Shown: positions 34,794 through 47,612 of the stretch, piece by piece
Layout of the letters: each line of letters starts with the position of its first letter
Numbering within the stretch: the first letter of the stretch is position 1
Assembly: GCF_000400465.1 (NCBI RefSeq)
Contig: NW_008806288.1
Span: forward strand, 1-62,000
Source: Wallemia ichthyophaga EXF-994
Lineage: Eukaryota > Fungi > Basidiomycota
DNA: 62,000 bases
Reading direction: 5' to 3'
Notes under the pieces: model-generated
Told to the model about the DNA's origin: nothing
The model's database searches: none
Seen by the model: the letters and a program-made list of their open reading frames with translations, nothing else
Position numbers and translations under genes: made by a program

Positions 34794-35637
34794 ATGGCTG
34801 ATTACTGGTAAGGATGTGTGCTGAGGAGTTTAGAAGTCAGAAGCTAAGAAGGTATCAGGAAGTCAACACCCAAATACCACTGCAAGTACTGCGATATCAC
34901 TATAAACGATGACGCGTGAGTGTATTTTTGCTGTTTTGGCAATGACAACGAGAAGGTATCTAATTATTACCGACGCAGACCGGTACGCTAGTAAACAACA
35001 CAAAGAAGCACAATAACACTAACAAACCAAAAGTCACGCTCACAACACGAGAATGGACTGAAGCACAAGGGTAACAAGGACAGGTTTATTAGAAGTATTT
35101 ACAAGCGCTCAGAGCAGAATGAGCGAGACAGGGCATTTGAGGAACGTGAGTTACGTAGATTGGAGGGTGTAAGTGGAGGTCGCTGCGTGGTGTGATATGA
35201 TGACTGATATAATCCAGATTGGCGGTGCAGCCAGCACGAAAGAGACTGCAACAGGTTTGAAAACACCAGGGAATAAAACAACAAGCAGTCGAAAGGCTCA
35301 AGCGAGTAGAGACCCATATGCGAATTACACAACGGCGAAATCGCTGGGATATGAGGAGGCCGGGATGACGCAGGAACCGAGAGGAGTCCAAATTGGATTA
35401 GAAGGGAGCGTAGGTGGTTGGGAGGAAGTACCAAGTATTCCAAACGCGGCCGCAAATGAAAAGAATAAAAGGGGTAATTCATCACCTCCACCTCCGCCAC
35501 ACGAGAAATCGGATCAGGGGGAAATGGATTTGAATGCAACAAAGACGGCAAGCAGTGGAGAAATATACATACCAGGTAAAACTAACACGCAGAATACAAC
35601 AGAAGTGAAATTCAAGAAGAGAAAGACTAAAAAATAA
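34794..35637 (+). CDS. U1/matrin-type zinc-finger protein (WBP4/FBP21-like)
   Basis: Spliced: MADYW|KSTPKYHCKYCDITINDDA|P|SRSQHENGLKHKGNKDRFIR...; last exon ends VKFKKRKTKK. Confidence 0.8.
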
Positions 35638-35692
35638 AATTACTTAATCCGTTACCCTTTGGTTGATTTACTCACCACAGGTCTCTCTTCTA

Positions 35693-37336
35693 ATGACGAC
35701 CAAAATGGAAGAGGGGAACGATATAAATTATATCAATGTACCGTTCTACCAGCCCAATAAAGGAACATTGAATACCTCATTGACAATCTTGGTTGAGATT
35801 TTGTTCAACAGCCAAAGCCAGCCATCCACCAAGCAACTTCGAGTCGTTTTCGGAAATGTCGCAGTCGCTACAAAGGTTAAGCAATTGGATTATAAGGATT
35901 TATACGATTTGGGCTTGAATCCTGCCAATGTCAATGGAAACTTATGCGTCATTGCACAAGCCCCGCCTTTGGAACACACACAGTGGCTATCACATAGGGT
36001 ACCTTTGATTCTACAGGCTTTGGATAACTCAACTATTACCGACTCGATCGAATTCGGCTACTTTGATTACCTCTGTGAGTTATTCACACAGCATTAATTA
36101 CACCGCTTACCCGTTCCAGCTAACCCTTCAAATTCGAATTACAACTCTTTTATCTCCCCTCCTCAGTTTCACGACGACAATCCTCAGTCTTCTACCTCAT
36201 ATCAACCTTTCTCTCTCCCACAATCACCTTACCAGCCTTCACCTCAACATCCTGTTAAGATCGAGCAGCCACTTAGCCCCACCCTTGCACAAACGAAAAG
36301 CCCTGCTCTCGCTCAGCCTACTCAGCCTATTCCTCAATCTATTCAACAATCTCAGTCAATCCAACAGATACGACAACCACCTCCACCAACAACTGCTCCC
36401 ATGCCTCCACCTGTAGCTCCTCCAATACCTACGGGTGCAATGCAAGAACCTCCATTAGTTAGAACTTCCCAACTCCCTACTGGTCCCTCTGGTGAGAGTC
36501 TCAGCCCTGAAGCCAACAGAGCTACTCTGGTCTTTCACGGCAACTTGTTGGATATGGCTTCTTCGTGGACTCAAGAGGAATGGGAGAATAGACGTAGACT
36601 CGTTCAATTCTGGAGGAGGCAGGAAGGTCCCGTTGTTCATGCCACCTTCAGACCTATCACACAGGCTGAGTATAATCAAGATTCTGTTGTTATCAGTTGC
36701 ATTTTTAGAGAAGACAAAAATGAGTGCTTCGTCACTTCAGTTGATGCTATTTATTTATTAGAAGCGTTGGTCGGTATAAGATTTACTGTTGAAGAGAAAA
36801 ACAGAATCAGAAGGAATCTTGAGGGATTCAAACCAATTACTGTATCAAAGACCAAGGCTGAATCTGAAGCTTTCTTCAAACTTATCATGAGCTTCCCTAA
36901 TCCGAAGCCAAGGAATATTGAAAAAGACGTCAAGGTATTCCCATGGTCCATCTTATCGGAGGCATTGAAGAAGATAATCAGCAAATATTCAGCTGATTAT
37001 AATAACGAGCTTGGTGCTATACAACATCAACAATTAGAATCTCCAGCGTCACAGCATTCACACAATCAATCATTTGATCAGATGTCTCCATCAAGTGCCA
37101 GACAATTTGACTTTTCACAGTTTGTCAAGCCAGAAGAAGAGGATGATGAGAATAGCTACAGTCAGCCACCTCACGCTGCGTATCTCAACAGCTTAAGAGA
37201 GGAGCCAACGACGAGTCCCCCAAGCGTTCCAAACATTCCACAGGGTGGTGTTGGAGGGAGCGTAGGCGATCTAGGAGGCATAGTAGGAAACAGTGGAGGC
37301 GTTGGTGCTGGACCGTCGTCTTGGGTGTACAAATGA
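35693..37336 (+). CDS. medA: MedA/ACON-3 (medusa) family developmental regulator
   Basis: RRRLVQFWRRQ...FVTSVDAIYLLEALVGIRFTVEEKNRIRRNLEGFKPITVSK...FPNPKPRNIEKDVKVFPW, the MedA core; intron near 36076-36119. Confidence 0.85.
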
Positions 37337-37646
37337 GCAAGACAGTAAGCTGGCCTTTATATGTCTTGGAGACTGTCGCTCTAGATTAAGCTATAGCTAT
37401 AGCTTAACTTTTTCTCGCCTACTCGTCTTAACTTATTATTTAATCGACTTATAAAACAAATGTAAAATTACTGGAATGTTGCTTTGTTATTTATTTCTAT
37501 GTTATTATTATTATCTTTTAATTCATATTTTGTTTTCTTTGTTGGTTTTTAAACGTTTTTGTGTTAAACTTGGATTGTGTACATTGAGCCACAGTGACAG
37601 TCACAGCCATAGCAGAGAAATCAAACTACTACACACACAAACACAC

Positions 37647-38135
37647 ATGTCCATATCAAATCCATTTATCAGGGCCCCGTCTAGTGACTTGAACCCATCT
37701 GCTCTCCTATCCAACACAGCTGTACGCCCTCAGACAGCAGAGGAGATGTACGGTGCACCTGAGAATTTCCTCGAGATTGAAGTGTGTAATCCAATAACGC
37801 ATAGCTCCGGCAGATCCAAGTACACAACGTATGATATACACCTAGCCACCAATATACCTGCATTCAAACTCAAGAACTCTGTTGTTAGGCGTCGTTATTC
37901 AGATTTTGAGGTTTTCAGGGATATCCTCGAAAGAGAGAGCTCGAGGGTGAATGTACCTGCTTTGCCAGGTAAGGTGTTCACTAACAGGTTCACTGATGAA
38001 GTTATACAAACACGCAGAGAGGGTCTCGAGAGGTTTGTACAGATCGTTGCAGGCCACCCTCTTCTTCAGACAGGCTCTAAAGTGCTCTGCGCCTTCTTAC
38101 AGGATCCTAGTTGGGACCGTACTCAGTGGATCTGA
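37647..38135 (+). CDS. SNX3: Sorting nexin 3 (PX domain)
   Basis: [47 protein letters not shown]. Confidence 0.95.
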   Translation: MSISNPFIRAPSSDLNPSALLSNTAVRPQTAEEMYGAPENFLEIEVCNPITHSSGRSKYTTYDIHLATNIPAFKLKNSVVRRRYSDFEVFRDILERESSRVNVPALPGKVFTNRFTDEVIQTRREGLERFVQIVAGHPLLQTGSKVLCAFLQDPSWDRTQWI

Positions 38136-38273
38136 TCTTGTCCTATCTCACGCTCTGCCAATACCCTCCAAATCAAACGTTCACGTTTTACTCTTGATAG
38201 TATGATAGTTTTCTAGTATTCTATATATTAAATGCATCTCGAAAATATCCTTTTATGTCTTTTATCTCATGTC

Positions 38274-39962
38274 TCATGTCACGGGCGCTGATGCGCCTAC
38301 AAAGTAGTCTTGTTCCATTTTATTTCTCAGCTGCGCGTCTCTCTCTTCTTTAGCAGCAATCATGCGCACATTAGCGCGGCTCTGTCGCCTTCTCGCCGCT
38401 ACCTGCGCCCACACCTGCGGCATCCACGTGTTACCTGCGACGTTCAACAGTCTGTTGTGAAGTTTAAGTGTAGAGGTACGATCGTTGATTATCCGCAAAT
38501 CTGTATCTAGTTTGGTTGTGAGATTGTTGAATGTACTGTCGTCTAATGCTCTGCCTTGGTCACTATTTAGCAAATGCACTATCTTCTCCTCATAAGCTTT
38601 CATCCATTCACGTAACTCGTCATGCTCCTTTGCCTGCTCTTTCATGATAAACGGCAGCTGCTCGAGCATATACTTGATCACTCCCATTTTCTGGTAGTGA
38701 TGGTCGAGCAATCCAAGTCTTATCGACGTGAGGAGCTGGGCAGAGAAGAAAATACGCGGAATTTTTATATGTTTATATTTCAGCGTGTCTATAGTTGCAG
38801 TTTCGAGGAGATTTTTTCTGAATGCTGCATTTGCTACTCGTTCTTCTTTGCATGCTGATATAATGTAGCGAATGTAGTGCTTCGCGAGGAATGACGGTCC
38901 TTGTCGCGTGACATGGTAAAGCAATCTGTCGAATACAGTTACTGAAAGATTTTTTCCATTCACTGCAACAGTCTCTGATGATTCTTCCTCTGGTGTTGTC
39001 TTCCATACGTATGTCTGTACACCATCCGTCTTGATTGGGTTGACTAGCGCTTCGAATACACTGATCAGCGTACTCAGATTGCTGTGGTTGCCGACGGCAT
39101 CTACTATACTCCTCAGCACCGATGGAGATACTTTGGGTGGAGAGATATGAGGATTCTGAGATAAAAAGTCGAGAAATTGAATAGGTTGATGATCTGGATT
39201 ATATATGTCAATACCATAGGTAGATTGAAGGAGTTGATTCAGTCCATCAAAGTCATGGATATCTTTCAATATAGACAAGACATAATTGTAAGTATCTTGA
39301 TTGGGCTGAATTGATTTGTTGGCCATCTCTTCTAATAAGCCTGATATCTCAGCACTGATAATCCTCTGTGGGCGTGGATCTTTGTGGTTGTTTCTGTTCT
39401 GACGGTGTATCCACCTCACGTATCCCATCAAGGTAGAATTGTAACACGCAGCATCGATTGGGAGACCGCTGTCCAAGATTTCTCTCATAATTCTCCTGCA
39501 ACCACTCCTCGAACCCATAAGGGAGAATCTATTGAGGATGAATTTGTAGTCTTCTAAGCTTGGGGAGTGGTTGTGTATGCGCATTTGATCAATTATAAAG
39601 CGCAGTCTATCCTGGTTGTGCAGATAACGCTCAATAACGTTGCGATCGAATTTCTTTGGAGGGCTGTTGGTGCATCTTTGGAGAACGAATTGGTGGATCG
39701 AGAGGGGAAGGAAACCAGCCTGATTTGAGTCAATACACTGACGATACTTTTGCCAGATTTTGTTATTCTTGTTAAGCTCTTCTGACTCCAATTCGAGCTC
39801 ATCGTAAAGCCAACGTACTGATCTCGGCAGATTCTTTGCTCTCCGCAGCTGTGAGTGAATGAGAATGAGAATTCAAATGTAGACAAAACAACGCACATTC
39901 ACACCTGTGAACTTCTCGAACAGGCTGGCTGTGTTCGCGCCCCGACGAAATCTCGAGATCAT
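38274..39962 (-). CDS. PPR-like mitochondrial RNA-binding protein (5' end uncertain)
   Basis: Long helical ORF with PPR-like units (ACYNSTLMGY, PNQDTYNYVL, VTVFDRLL). First-exon junction not resolved. Confidence 0.55.
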
Positions 39963-40369
39963 CAACGTAAGTGATGAAGAGAGAAATAGCTATGCATAAC
40001 TGCCGATAGCGTATAGTGTGATATTTTAGAAGTATTTTATAACTCTCCGCGCTGTCAAACTCTATTTGCCCAGGCAGCGTTGAGATGTGTTAAAACGTCG
40101 TATGGGAGATAGATCGAGTAATAATTACAAAATGAATGCTTATAAATATCAAGTATCTTCAATTAACGCAGCTGAGTAGCTGTCAAATCACAAAATTTAG
40201 ACAAGTATTTAAATGTAGCTGAGACTATTAAAATATACTTGAACTGATTTACAAATGAATTTATTAAATTTACTTGAATCTAAATTTTATTCAAGTTTAC
40301 AAGAAGACTACGACGCTTGAACCTCGACTGCTTCCACTTGAACAACTAAAATACTAAAATCAAGTCAAA

Positions 40370-41586
40370 ATGGGCTGTCTCCAGTGGGTGCTATTGATTC
40401 TTTAGTTTTACTTGAATTTTACTAACCCAGCCTTTTAGATCCACGGAAGATGCGGGTAAAGCCAGTGTGTACTTGATTCAATCTCTTTCTATCACAGCTC
40501 ACACCTTATCAAAGGAAACGATAGCATTGATCAGCAACTCAAGAAAGACCGGGCTAACCTTAGGAATGAAGTCAAGATGCTTCTCCTCGGTGCTGGTGAA
40601 TCTGGAAAATCAACCATTCTTAAGCAAATGAAGCTGATCCACCAAGGCTCTTATAGCCCGGAAGAGCGTGACGCTTATAAAGAAATTATCTTCTCAAACA
40701 CAGTTCAATCTATGAGGGTTATCATCGAGGCGATGGATATGATGGGTATCGAATTAAGAAATCCTTCAATGAACAACCAATCTGCTCAAGTCATACTCAG
40801 CTTACCTGCTCAAATTGATATCGAAATGATGACTCCTCAAGTTTTCGAAGCTATCGGCTCTCTTTGGTCTGATCCCGGTGTTCAACATACTTTTACAAAG
40901 TCTAGAGAATATCAGCTCAACGACAGTGCTCAATACTACTTCGATAGTATCGATAGAATGGCTAGCGGTGATTACCTTCCAACTGACCAGGATGTTTTAC
41001 GTTCGAGAGTTAAGACAACGGGTATAACTGAGACAACGTTTAAAATTGGTGAACTCACTTACAAGCTCTTTGATGTCGGTGGTCAACGCTCTGAGCGTAA
41101 AAAGTGGATTCATTGTTTTGAGAATGTCACTGCTATAGTTTTCTTAGTCGCAATAAGTGAATACGATCAAAAGCTTTACGAGGATGAATCAGTTAATAGA
41201 ATGCAAGAAGCTTTAACGTTATTTGATTCAATTTGCAATTCTAGGTGGTTTGTTAGAACTTCGATTATTCTCTTCTTAAACAAGATCGACATCTTCAAAG
41301 AAAAGCTAGAAGTGTCTCCAGTAAAGGATTACTTTAGTGATTACAAGGGTCAAAATGACTATGATAGTGCTTGCGAATACATATTAAATAGATTCGTCGA
41401 GCTAAACCAATCAGAAGTCAAACAAATCTATGCTCACTTTACATGCGCTACAGACACCAATCAAATCAAATTCGTCTTGTCAGCCATCAATGATATCGTT
41501 ATACAGACTAATCGTGAGTAATGAAATGAGAATATACTTTAAGTAACTCACAGACAAATACAGTCCGTGATTGCGGTCTCCTCTAA
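40370..41586 (+). CDS. GPA1: Heterotrimeric G protein alpha subunit, group I (Gi-like)
   Basis: MGC myristoylation/palmitoylation start, GAGESGKST, DVGGQRSERKKW, NKID, TCATDT; last exon gives NLRDCGLL. Confidence 0.97.
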
Positions 41587-41811
41587 TCAACTTGAAAGTA
41601 GAAGTAGTCAAATTCAAATACCCAGTTTCTACGTCATGCTTTTAATCGCGTTTGCTTCTTCTTTAAACCAAGTTTATGTCTACACTACAAAGAAAAGAAG
41701 AATATTGACAAGTTCTTTTATGCATTTCATTTACATTTCCTGTTTAATAAACAAAATAAAGTTGATTTCAATTGATAAAGAGGAGTTCATAACCCATTTC
41801 AACCAACTTCG

Positions 41812-42385
41812 ATGAGTTTAACCAATTTGAAGCAATATGTCGACCCAGCAGGTGTATTCTGCTTGAACGTGGAAGATGAGAATGCTGTGAAGCAGCTCCT
41901 AGGAAGAACTGGATCTGGTATTGGATTGATTACTTCAGATGCAGACGAGAACCTGCTGTGTAGCATTGCGTTTGATCAGACAGTAAAAGTGAGCTCCTTC
42001 AAGCTCGGACACACGGATTTAGAATATGCACCTAAAGATATCAAGGTGTTCATCAACTTACCAGAACTTGATTTCGATAAGGCAGAAGATGATCTAGAGA
42101 CGCCTAAGGGTGATGCCATGGCTATTTTGACATTAAATGAGAAGCAAGCTGTTGGTGAGGAGAGTGTTCAGCTTCGTTTCGTCAGATTCCAAGCTGTGAA
42201 TTCGATACAAGTCTATGTGAAATCTAATTATGGTGGTGGGGATGTTGTGAGTGTGGTTGTGTATTCCGTATTGACTCCGCTAACTCTCCTCGCTCCCATC
42301 ACAGACCAAGATCAGTCAAGTAGACTTCTACGGACAGAGCGTTCACACGACAAAGATGAGCAACTTCGGTAAAGACGATGAATAA
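41812..42385 (+). CDS. PITH-domain protein
   Basis: FCLN, SDADENLL, APKDIKVFIN, LRFVRFQAVNSIQVYVKSN; one 3' intron. Confidence 0.85.
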
Positions 42386-42474
42386 GCCAATTTATATAAT
42401 TGTACAATAATTCCATTAATTCATCCCTCTATCCTACAAGATTGGTTGAACTTCGACCATCATCTACAAATCTA

Positions 42475-43829
42475 ATGTCTGCTGAGTACGATAGGCACGA
42501 TCACTACGATTCGTACGACTCAAGAAAGAGATCCCGCTCGCGCTCCATCTCCCCCGACAGATTCGCCCACAAGAGGCCTCACCTCGCTCGCGAAGAAAGG
42601 GAGAAGGAGGATAAAGATGAGATGCCTTATTTAGTGCTACGCTGTCTGGTTGATACACGCGACGCTGCCGTCCTTATAGGCAGACAGGGTCTAAACATTG
42701 CACGAATCCGCCAAACCGCAGGCACAAAGCTCAATATCTCAAACTCACTTCCTTCGAATCCAGAGCGTGTAGTCACAGTTTCTGGAAAGCTGGACGCCGT
42801 GTCCAAAGCATTTGGTCTTGTAGTGCGTACACTCAACGACGAGGATTTCGACGAACCTTCTCTTCCTGGGAGCAAAGCAGTAACGCTGCGATTCACTATC
42901 CCCAATATGAAGATGGGTTTTATTATCGGTCGCTCCGGTGCTCGTATCAAGGAAATCCAAGAAGCTTCCGGTGCCAAGTTGAGCACGTCTGACTATCTGC
43001 TACCTAATTCAACAGAACGGTTGTTGTCAATTGATGGCGTGGCTGATGCTATCCACATTGCTGTTTACCACGTCGGTGGTATTTTGTGGGTATTGCGTGT
43101 TAGATGCGCGTTTCGACTAACAGTCACCATGCAGGGCTGACAATACAGCTGTGCCCTCTAGAGAAAGGAGTCGCAGGAGACCTTCGACTGGCAGCCCGTA
43201 TGGCGGTCCATCGACTTCAACTTCTTATTCAAACTACCCTGGCTACCCAGCAAGCTACGGTGCGTCGCCGTACGCTAACCCTGTGCCACCAGTCGGCGGA
43301 GGTGGCTATCCAGCTCCCCCACCAGCTGTAGATACAACGTCGCAGAGAATATACGTGCCCAACAATCTAGTAGGAGGTGAGTGGAATGAGTGACAAAATG
43401 GTGCACCTCTAACCCATACAAAGGACTAATTGGCAGAGGAGGATCCAAGATCAATGAGATTAGATACATATCTCAATGTTCGGTCAAGATTCTCGAACCA
43501 GGTGAAGGAGGCGAGCAGGCGAATGGACCAACGGTTGAACGACTGGTGGTTATAACAGGCGCGCCTAACGGTATACAGACAGCTATCCATCTGCTATCAG
43601 AGGTGAGTAGATTATTTGAGAAAGCGATTAAGAGCGTATTTGTGCTTTGTGTCTAGTGTTCTAGTGTTCAGCCATCACCTCTGTTCCTCCCTCCCACACC
43701 ACAGAACTTTACCTAAACCTCACTTTGCAGCGCATCGAGAAGGAGAAGGAGAAAGATATCTCCTATCGACCACGCCCACGCAGTCCAGTCGGTGACAGGT
43801 ATAGTAGAGGACCTAGTCCACCGATCTGA
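42475..43829 (+). CDS. Triple-KH RNA-binding protein (Pbp2/Hek2/hnRNP K-like)
   Basis: Three GxxG KH loops (LIGRQGLNI, IIGRSGARI, LIGRGGSKI) across three introns. Confidence 0.88.
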
Positions 43830-43979
43830 GATCTGAGACTAAGGTAATGTACACACACACACAAACACATAACGTCATACTTGTTATCTCTATCCGACCA
43901 ACCTACACAATCTAATCTAATCTCCAATTCATCCCTTCTGATTGTAACCCTCGAGTCGCCCTACCTCCAACTGGTCCAC

Positions 43980-44836
43980 TCACTCACCTACACCTGCCTT
44001 TTGCACGAGGATTAGATGTGCACAGTCGAGACCAGGTATGTCGCCCGCCGCTGCGGATAGGTTGAGATTGAGATTGAGTTTTGTATTGCTTTGCTGCTGG
44101 TGGTGGTATAGATAGTACTCAGAGGAGTCGACAGAGAGCTTGTCTGCAAGCAGATCGAGCACTCTACCCATACTGAGTGACTTGTTCAAGTAGAAGAAAC
44201 TACACGAATCGAGATTAATATCGACATGAGAAATGGACTGGGATAGAGATACGGAAATATGCACCCGGTGGTTACTATCGAGGTGTTCGCGCAGGGGTTT
44301 AGCATTCATGCGCGTCTTCATCATCCATACGCGTCTATCAATTGGTTTGTGTTGCATGGTTTTAGTAGCCGTGCCACCCGTACTCGGCGTCATGGGCGTA
44401 GTCTTACCAAATTTAGCCCTAATAGCATCAAGTTTAGACGCTTGCTGCTTGCTCACAGAGCCTTTCTGGGCCGTTTGGATGGGTGCAGCGTGGTGGCGGT
44501 GTGCTAGACAGTACTCGCTCCCGCTGAAAGCCTCACTGGAGCAGCGAGGGAGTGTGCAAGCAACGAACACTTTGTGTGTTTTGTCGCGCTTCTGCGTGCT
44601 CTGCCGCTGGCAGCAGTCAAATACAGCCGATCTGTGCTCTGAACAGTACCTTCTGTGGCATTTCGTGCATTCGTGAATGAGGTAGTCGATATTAGGGCAA
44701 TTGAGCTACAGGTGAGTTAGAGAGTGTATACAGCCCCCCTGTAAATCACACTCACTGTACTGCATTTGCTGCCTATATCTAATAATCCTTCCTCTCGCTC
44801 TGCTTCTGGCTTCTGCTCTGATGGGGAAAATGACAT
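43980..44836 (-). CDS. AN1-type zinc finger protein with a C-terminal ubiquitin-like region (Cuz1/ZFAND1-like)
   Basis: Spliced: LDIGSKCST|LNCPNIDYLIHECTKCHRRYCSEHR; C-terminal FFYLNKSLSMGRVLDLLA. Confidence 0.7.
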
Positions 44837-44881
44837 GGGTATCGTTAATTAACAAGAATATGAATAAATAATTAAAGTCGT

Positions 44882-45936
44882 CTACTCCGCTTTGTTTTTC
44901 AACTTGTCTGCTTTGTTGCTGCTCTTCACATCAGATCTGTTCAGACGCGTTCCGAACACATCGTCCCAGTGGACGAAGAAGGGCTGCGAGAAGTTGTACT
45001 TGAGGCCAAAATGCTGGTGATGGATGTCATGGTAGTCAGAGGTATTGGCGAAGATGTATCTGAAAGGATCGAAGGGATACTGCGCGCCAGCGTGATCGGA
45101 GCAAGTTCTGTGCAGTGTCAGTGTCAGTGTGTGATGGGTGTTTAGAGGTTTTGATAAACCCACTTGTATGTCGAGAACACAAACATTACTATACTCTGTC
45201 TAGTCGACATGAAACTTGCAGCATGTGCAAGGAGCGCGCCGCACGTATCTAGTAAGAAACCTTCGATTGGGTGATTGTACAATGCTCCGAACGCATATGG
45301 AACATATAGCCTGTGATGCACCGAGTGAATATGCCTGTATAAGAATTTGTTCATGTGGAAGAGACGGTGAAGGAAATATTGGTGTGTGTCCATGATGAAA
45401 CAAGCCCATGCGAACTGAATGGCAGGTACAAACCACCAGTAAGTGAACGACGTTATACTCGCGCCGAAATGTGCAAAAACAGAAGACGTTAAGGAAGGAC
45501 CCAAAGCGAGATTCAAGAAAAAGGTGATATATCCACTGTAAGTAGCCATAGCGTGCAAGTGTTGGTTATCTGACATAAATTCATCCACGTTATCCAAAAC
45601 TAAGACGCCCAAAGCTGTTTGTACGACTTGTTGGATGATCACAGCTTTTATAACCTGGCTGACGGATACCTTGTTCTTGGATACGAGCTCGGAAGGCGGA
45701 TGTATCCTGTACTTGTCGAGTGAAGGGAGCTGATCAAGGAAATGGAAGAATAGAGAGAAAACCCAATAGCCGATAACAGGTGCAATAATTGAAGTATACT
45801 TATCAGATAAAGCTGTAAATATCTGATCCGAATTGGTGTAGTAGAACGGATAGCACGGTGTATTTGGAATAATGCTGTAATTGGGCGTGATATCCGCGAT
45901 GCCCGTACTCATATAGCTTATCGAGTTGTTGCTCAT
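44882..45936 (-). CDS. SUR2: Sphinganine C4-hydroxylase
   Basis: His boxes HQYFLHRLFH, HIHSVHH and HDIHH; LYVPYAFGALYNHPIEG; QPFFVHWD. Confidence 0.92.
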
Positions 45937-45991
45937 CGCCGGGCCTGTTCAAAGAGGAGTATTGCCACACTCAACTCACCTCCCAACGGCC

Positions 45992-46675
45992 ATGAACTTA
46001 AATTTAAAATTACCACAGCAACTCAGGCAGTACTCTACGTCTATTGATAAGCTATCCAGTTTCGGCGTTATCCACAAATCAAAGAGGCTAGGAAGAGGTA
46101 GATCCTCCAACCAAGGTAAAACTTCAGGCAGAGGTCAGAACGGTCAGAAGAGCAGGGGCGATGGCAAAGTGGCACCGTGGTTTGAAGGTGGACAGACGCC
46201 CCTCACCAAACGATTCCCAAAGACTGGTTTCTACAACTACAATCAGACAAATTACGCTACAGTACCGCTATCGAGACTGGCGCAGTGGATACAGCAGCGC
46301 AGAATAAATGCTAATACGACCATCACTATTAGGGATATAGTACACTCGAACCTCGTCCACGGACTTTCGAAGAAGGATGGCGTAAAGATACTATCTGATG
46401 TGAGTTGTGCTTTGTTCACTGGGCGTATTGTATCTGACATAACACAGCTTAAGCCAACCGCGCAACTCCCACCAGTACACATTGAAGCGTCTTCTGCGTC
46501 CAAACCTGCGATCGAAGCTATAGAGGCAGCAGGTGGTTCATTTACTCACAAATACTTCAACAAACTCTCTCTCAGACAGCACCTCAACCCTCACAAGTTC
46601 CCAATTCCCGTACACGAAGCCGCACCAACCAAGAAAGCTGATATTCTCTTCTACGATAGGGTGAGCAAGCGTTGA
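45992..46675 (+). CDS. MRPL10: Mitochondrial ribosomal protein uL15m (3' end uncertain)
   Basis: KRLGRGRSSNQGKTSGRGQNGQKSR, WFEGGQTP, GVKIL, AIEAIEAAGG. Confidence 0.9.
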   Translation: MNLNLKLPQQLRQYSTSIDKLSSFGVIHKSKRLGRGRSSNQGKTSGRGQNGQKSRGDGKVAPWFEGGQTPLTKRFPKTGFYNYNQTNYATVPLSRLAQWIQQRRINANTTITIRDIVHSNLVHGLSKKDGVKILSDVSCALFTGRIVSDITQLKPTAQLPPVHIEASSASKPAIEAIEAAGGSFTHKYFNKLSLRQHLNPHKFPIPVHEAAPTKKADILFYDRVSKR

Positions 46676-46722
46676 TTGAGCCATTTTGATTGAATAGATA
46701 TAAATTCTGTATACACATGTTT

Positions 46723-47306
46723 TTACTCCTCCTTCGATCCTCCTGGAACCTGTCTAAGTGTAGCGAAAGACTCTCTCTTGTTACTTCTCTCTTCGAGTGA
46801 GGGATGAGGACCGATGCCGGCCGTGAGGGTACCGCCGGCAGCCTGGAAAGCACCCATCAAAGCACCGAACAACAAGCATCCTCCAGCAGCAGCAGGAATG
46901 CTCTTGGCTGGTGTATGGTAGTGTTAGAATGTCTTCATCTATCCCATAAACTCCACTCACATCTAGCTCCTATTAATGACCCTGCCGCACATCCACCTGC
47001 CGCACTGCTGATTGCATCCTGATCACCTCTTACATTGCTCACTGCTGTCTCTGTAAATGCGAAAGTTGCGCCGACAGCAGCGAAATATGAAATTGTCGAG
47101 CCTGTTCTAGTGAAAACACCCATCGCACCTTTATTGTGCGTCTCTAGCGCATTCCTCACGGTCGACACGAGGAATCCAACACCAGAACCACCGATTGCGC
47201 CCTGGCCAGCTAATTGGAGTGCGGGAGTTGGATGAAATCCGGCTGTACAGAGTTTGTGAGCCTCGTTTGCTGTGTGTGCGGTCATCTTACTCTCTTTGAT
47301 TGGCAT
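46723..47306 (-). CDS. Complex I 21.3 kDa subunit (NDUFA11, Tim17-family fold)
   Basis: GFLVSTVRNALETHNKGAMGVFTRTG...AAGGCAAGSLIGAR, then a second exon after an intron near 46905-46960. Confidence 0.8.
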
Positions 47307-47612
47307 TTCTAAAGTGGTGGTCGTCTCTCAAGATGCGTTTCGGGTGCTTTGGAGGGGTTTTTGGATATTTGGAAAGGCTATATGGCGTATTTGGGTGGAT
47401 CATATTACTCACACTACTGTCGTCTTTCTCAATATCTCTCGCTCTCTGATTGGTCGAGCTTGTCGTGCAGCTGAGAATACCCCAGATATTGTAAAATACA
47501 CATTACATTAAACCCTAATAAAAGCTACGTAGCCGTGATAAATATTAAAATCTCACCTAGATATCAGTCAGTGGCAACTCGTCCAACTTGATTACCCGCG
47601 CCCATCTTCGAT

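Noticed and set aside
40274-40298. 8-bp inverted repeat ACTTGAAT/ATTCAAGT upstream of GPA1
   Set aside because: Short and in very AT-rich DNA, so likely chance.
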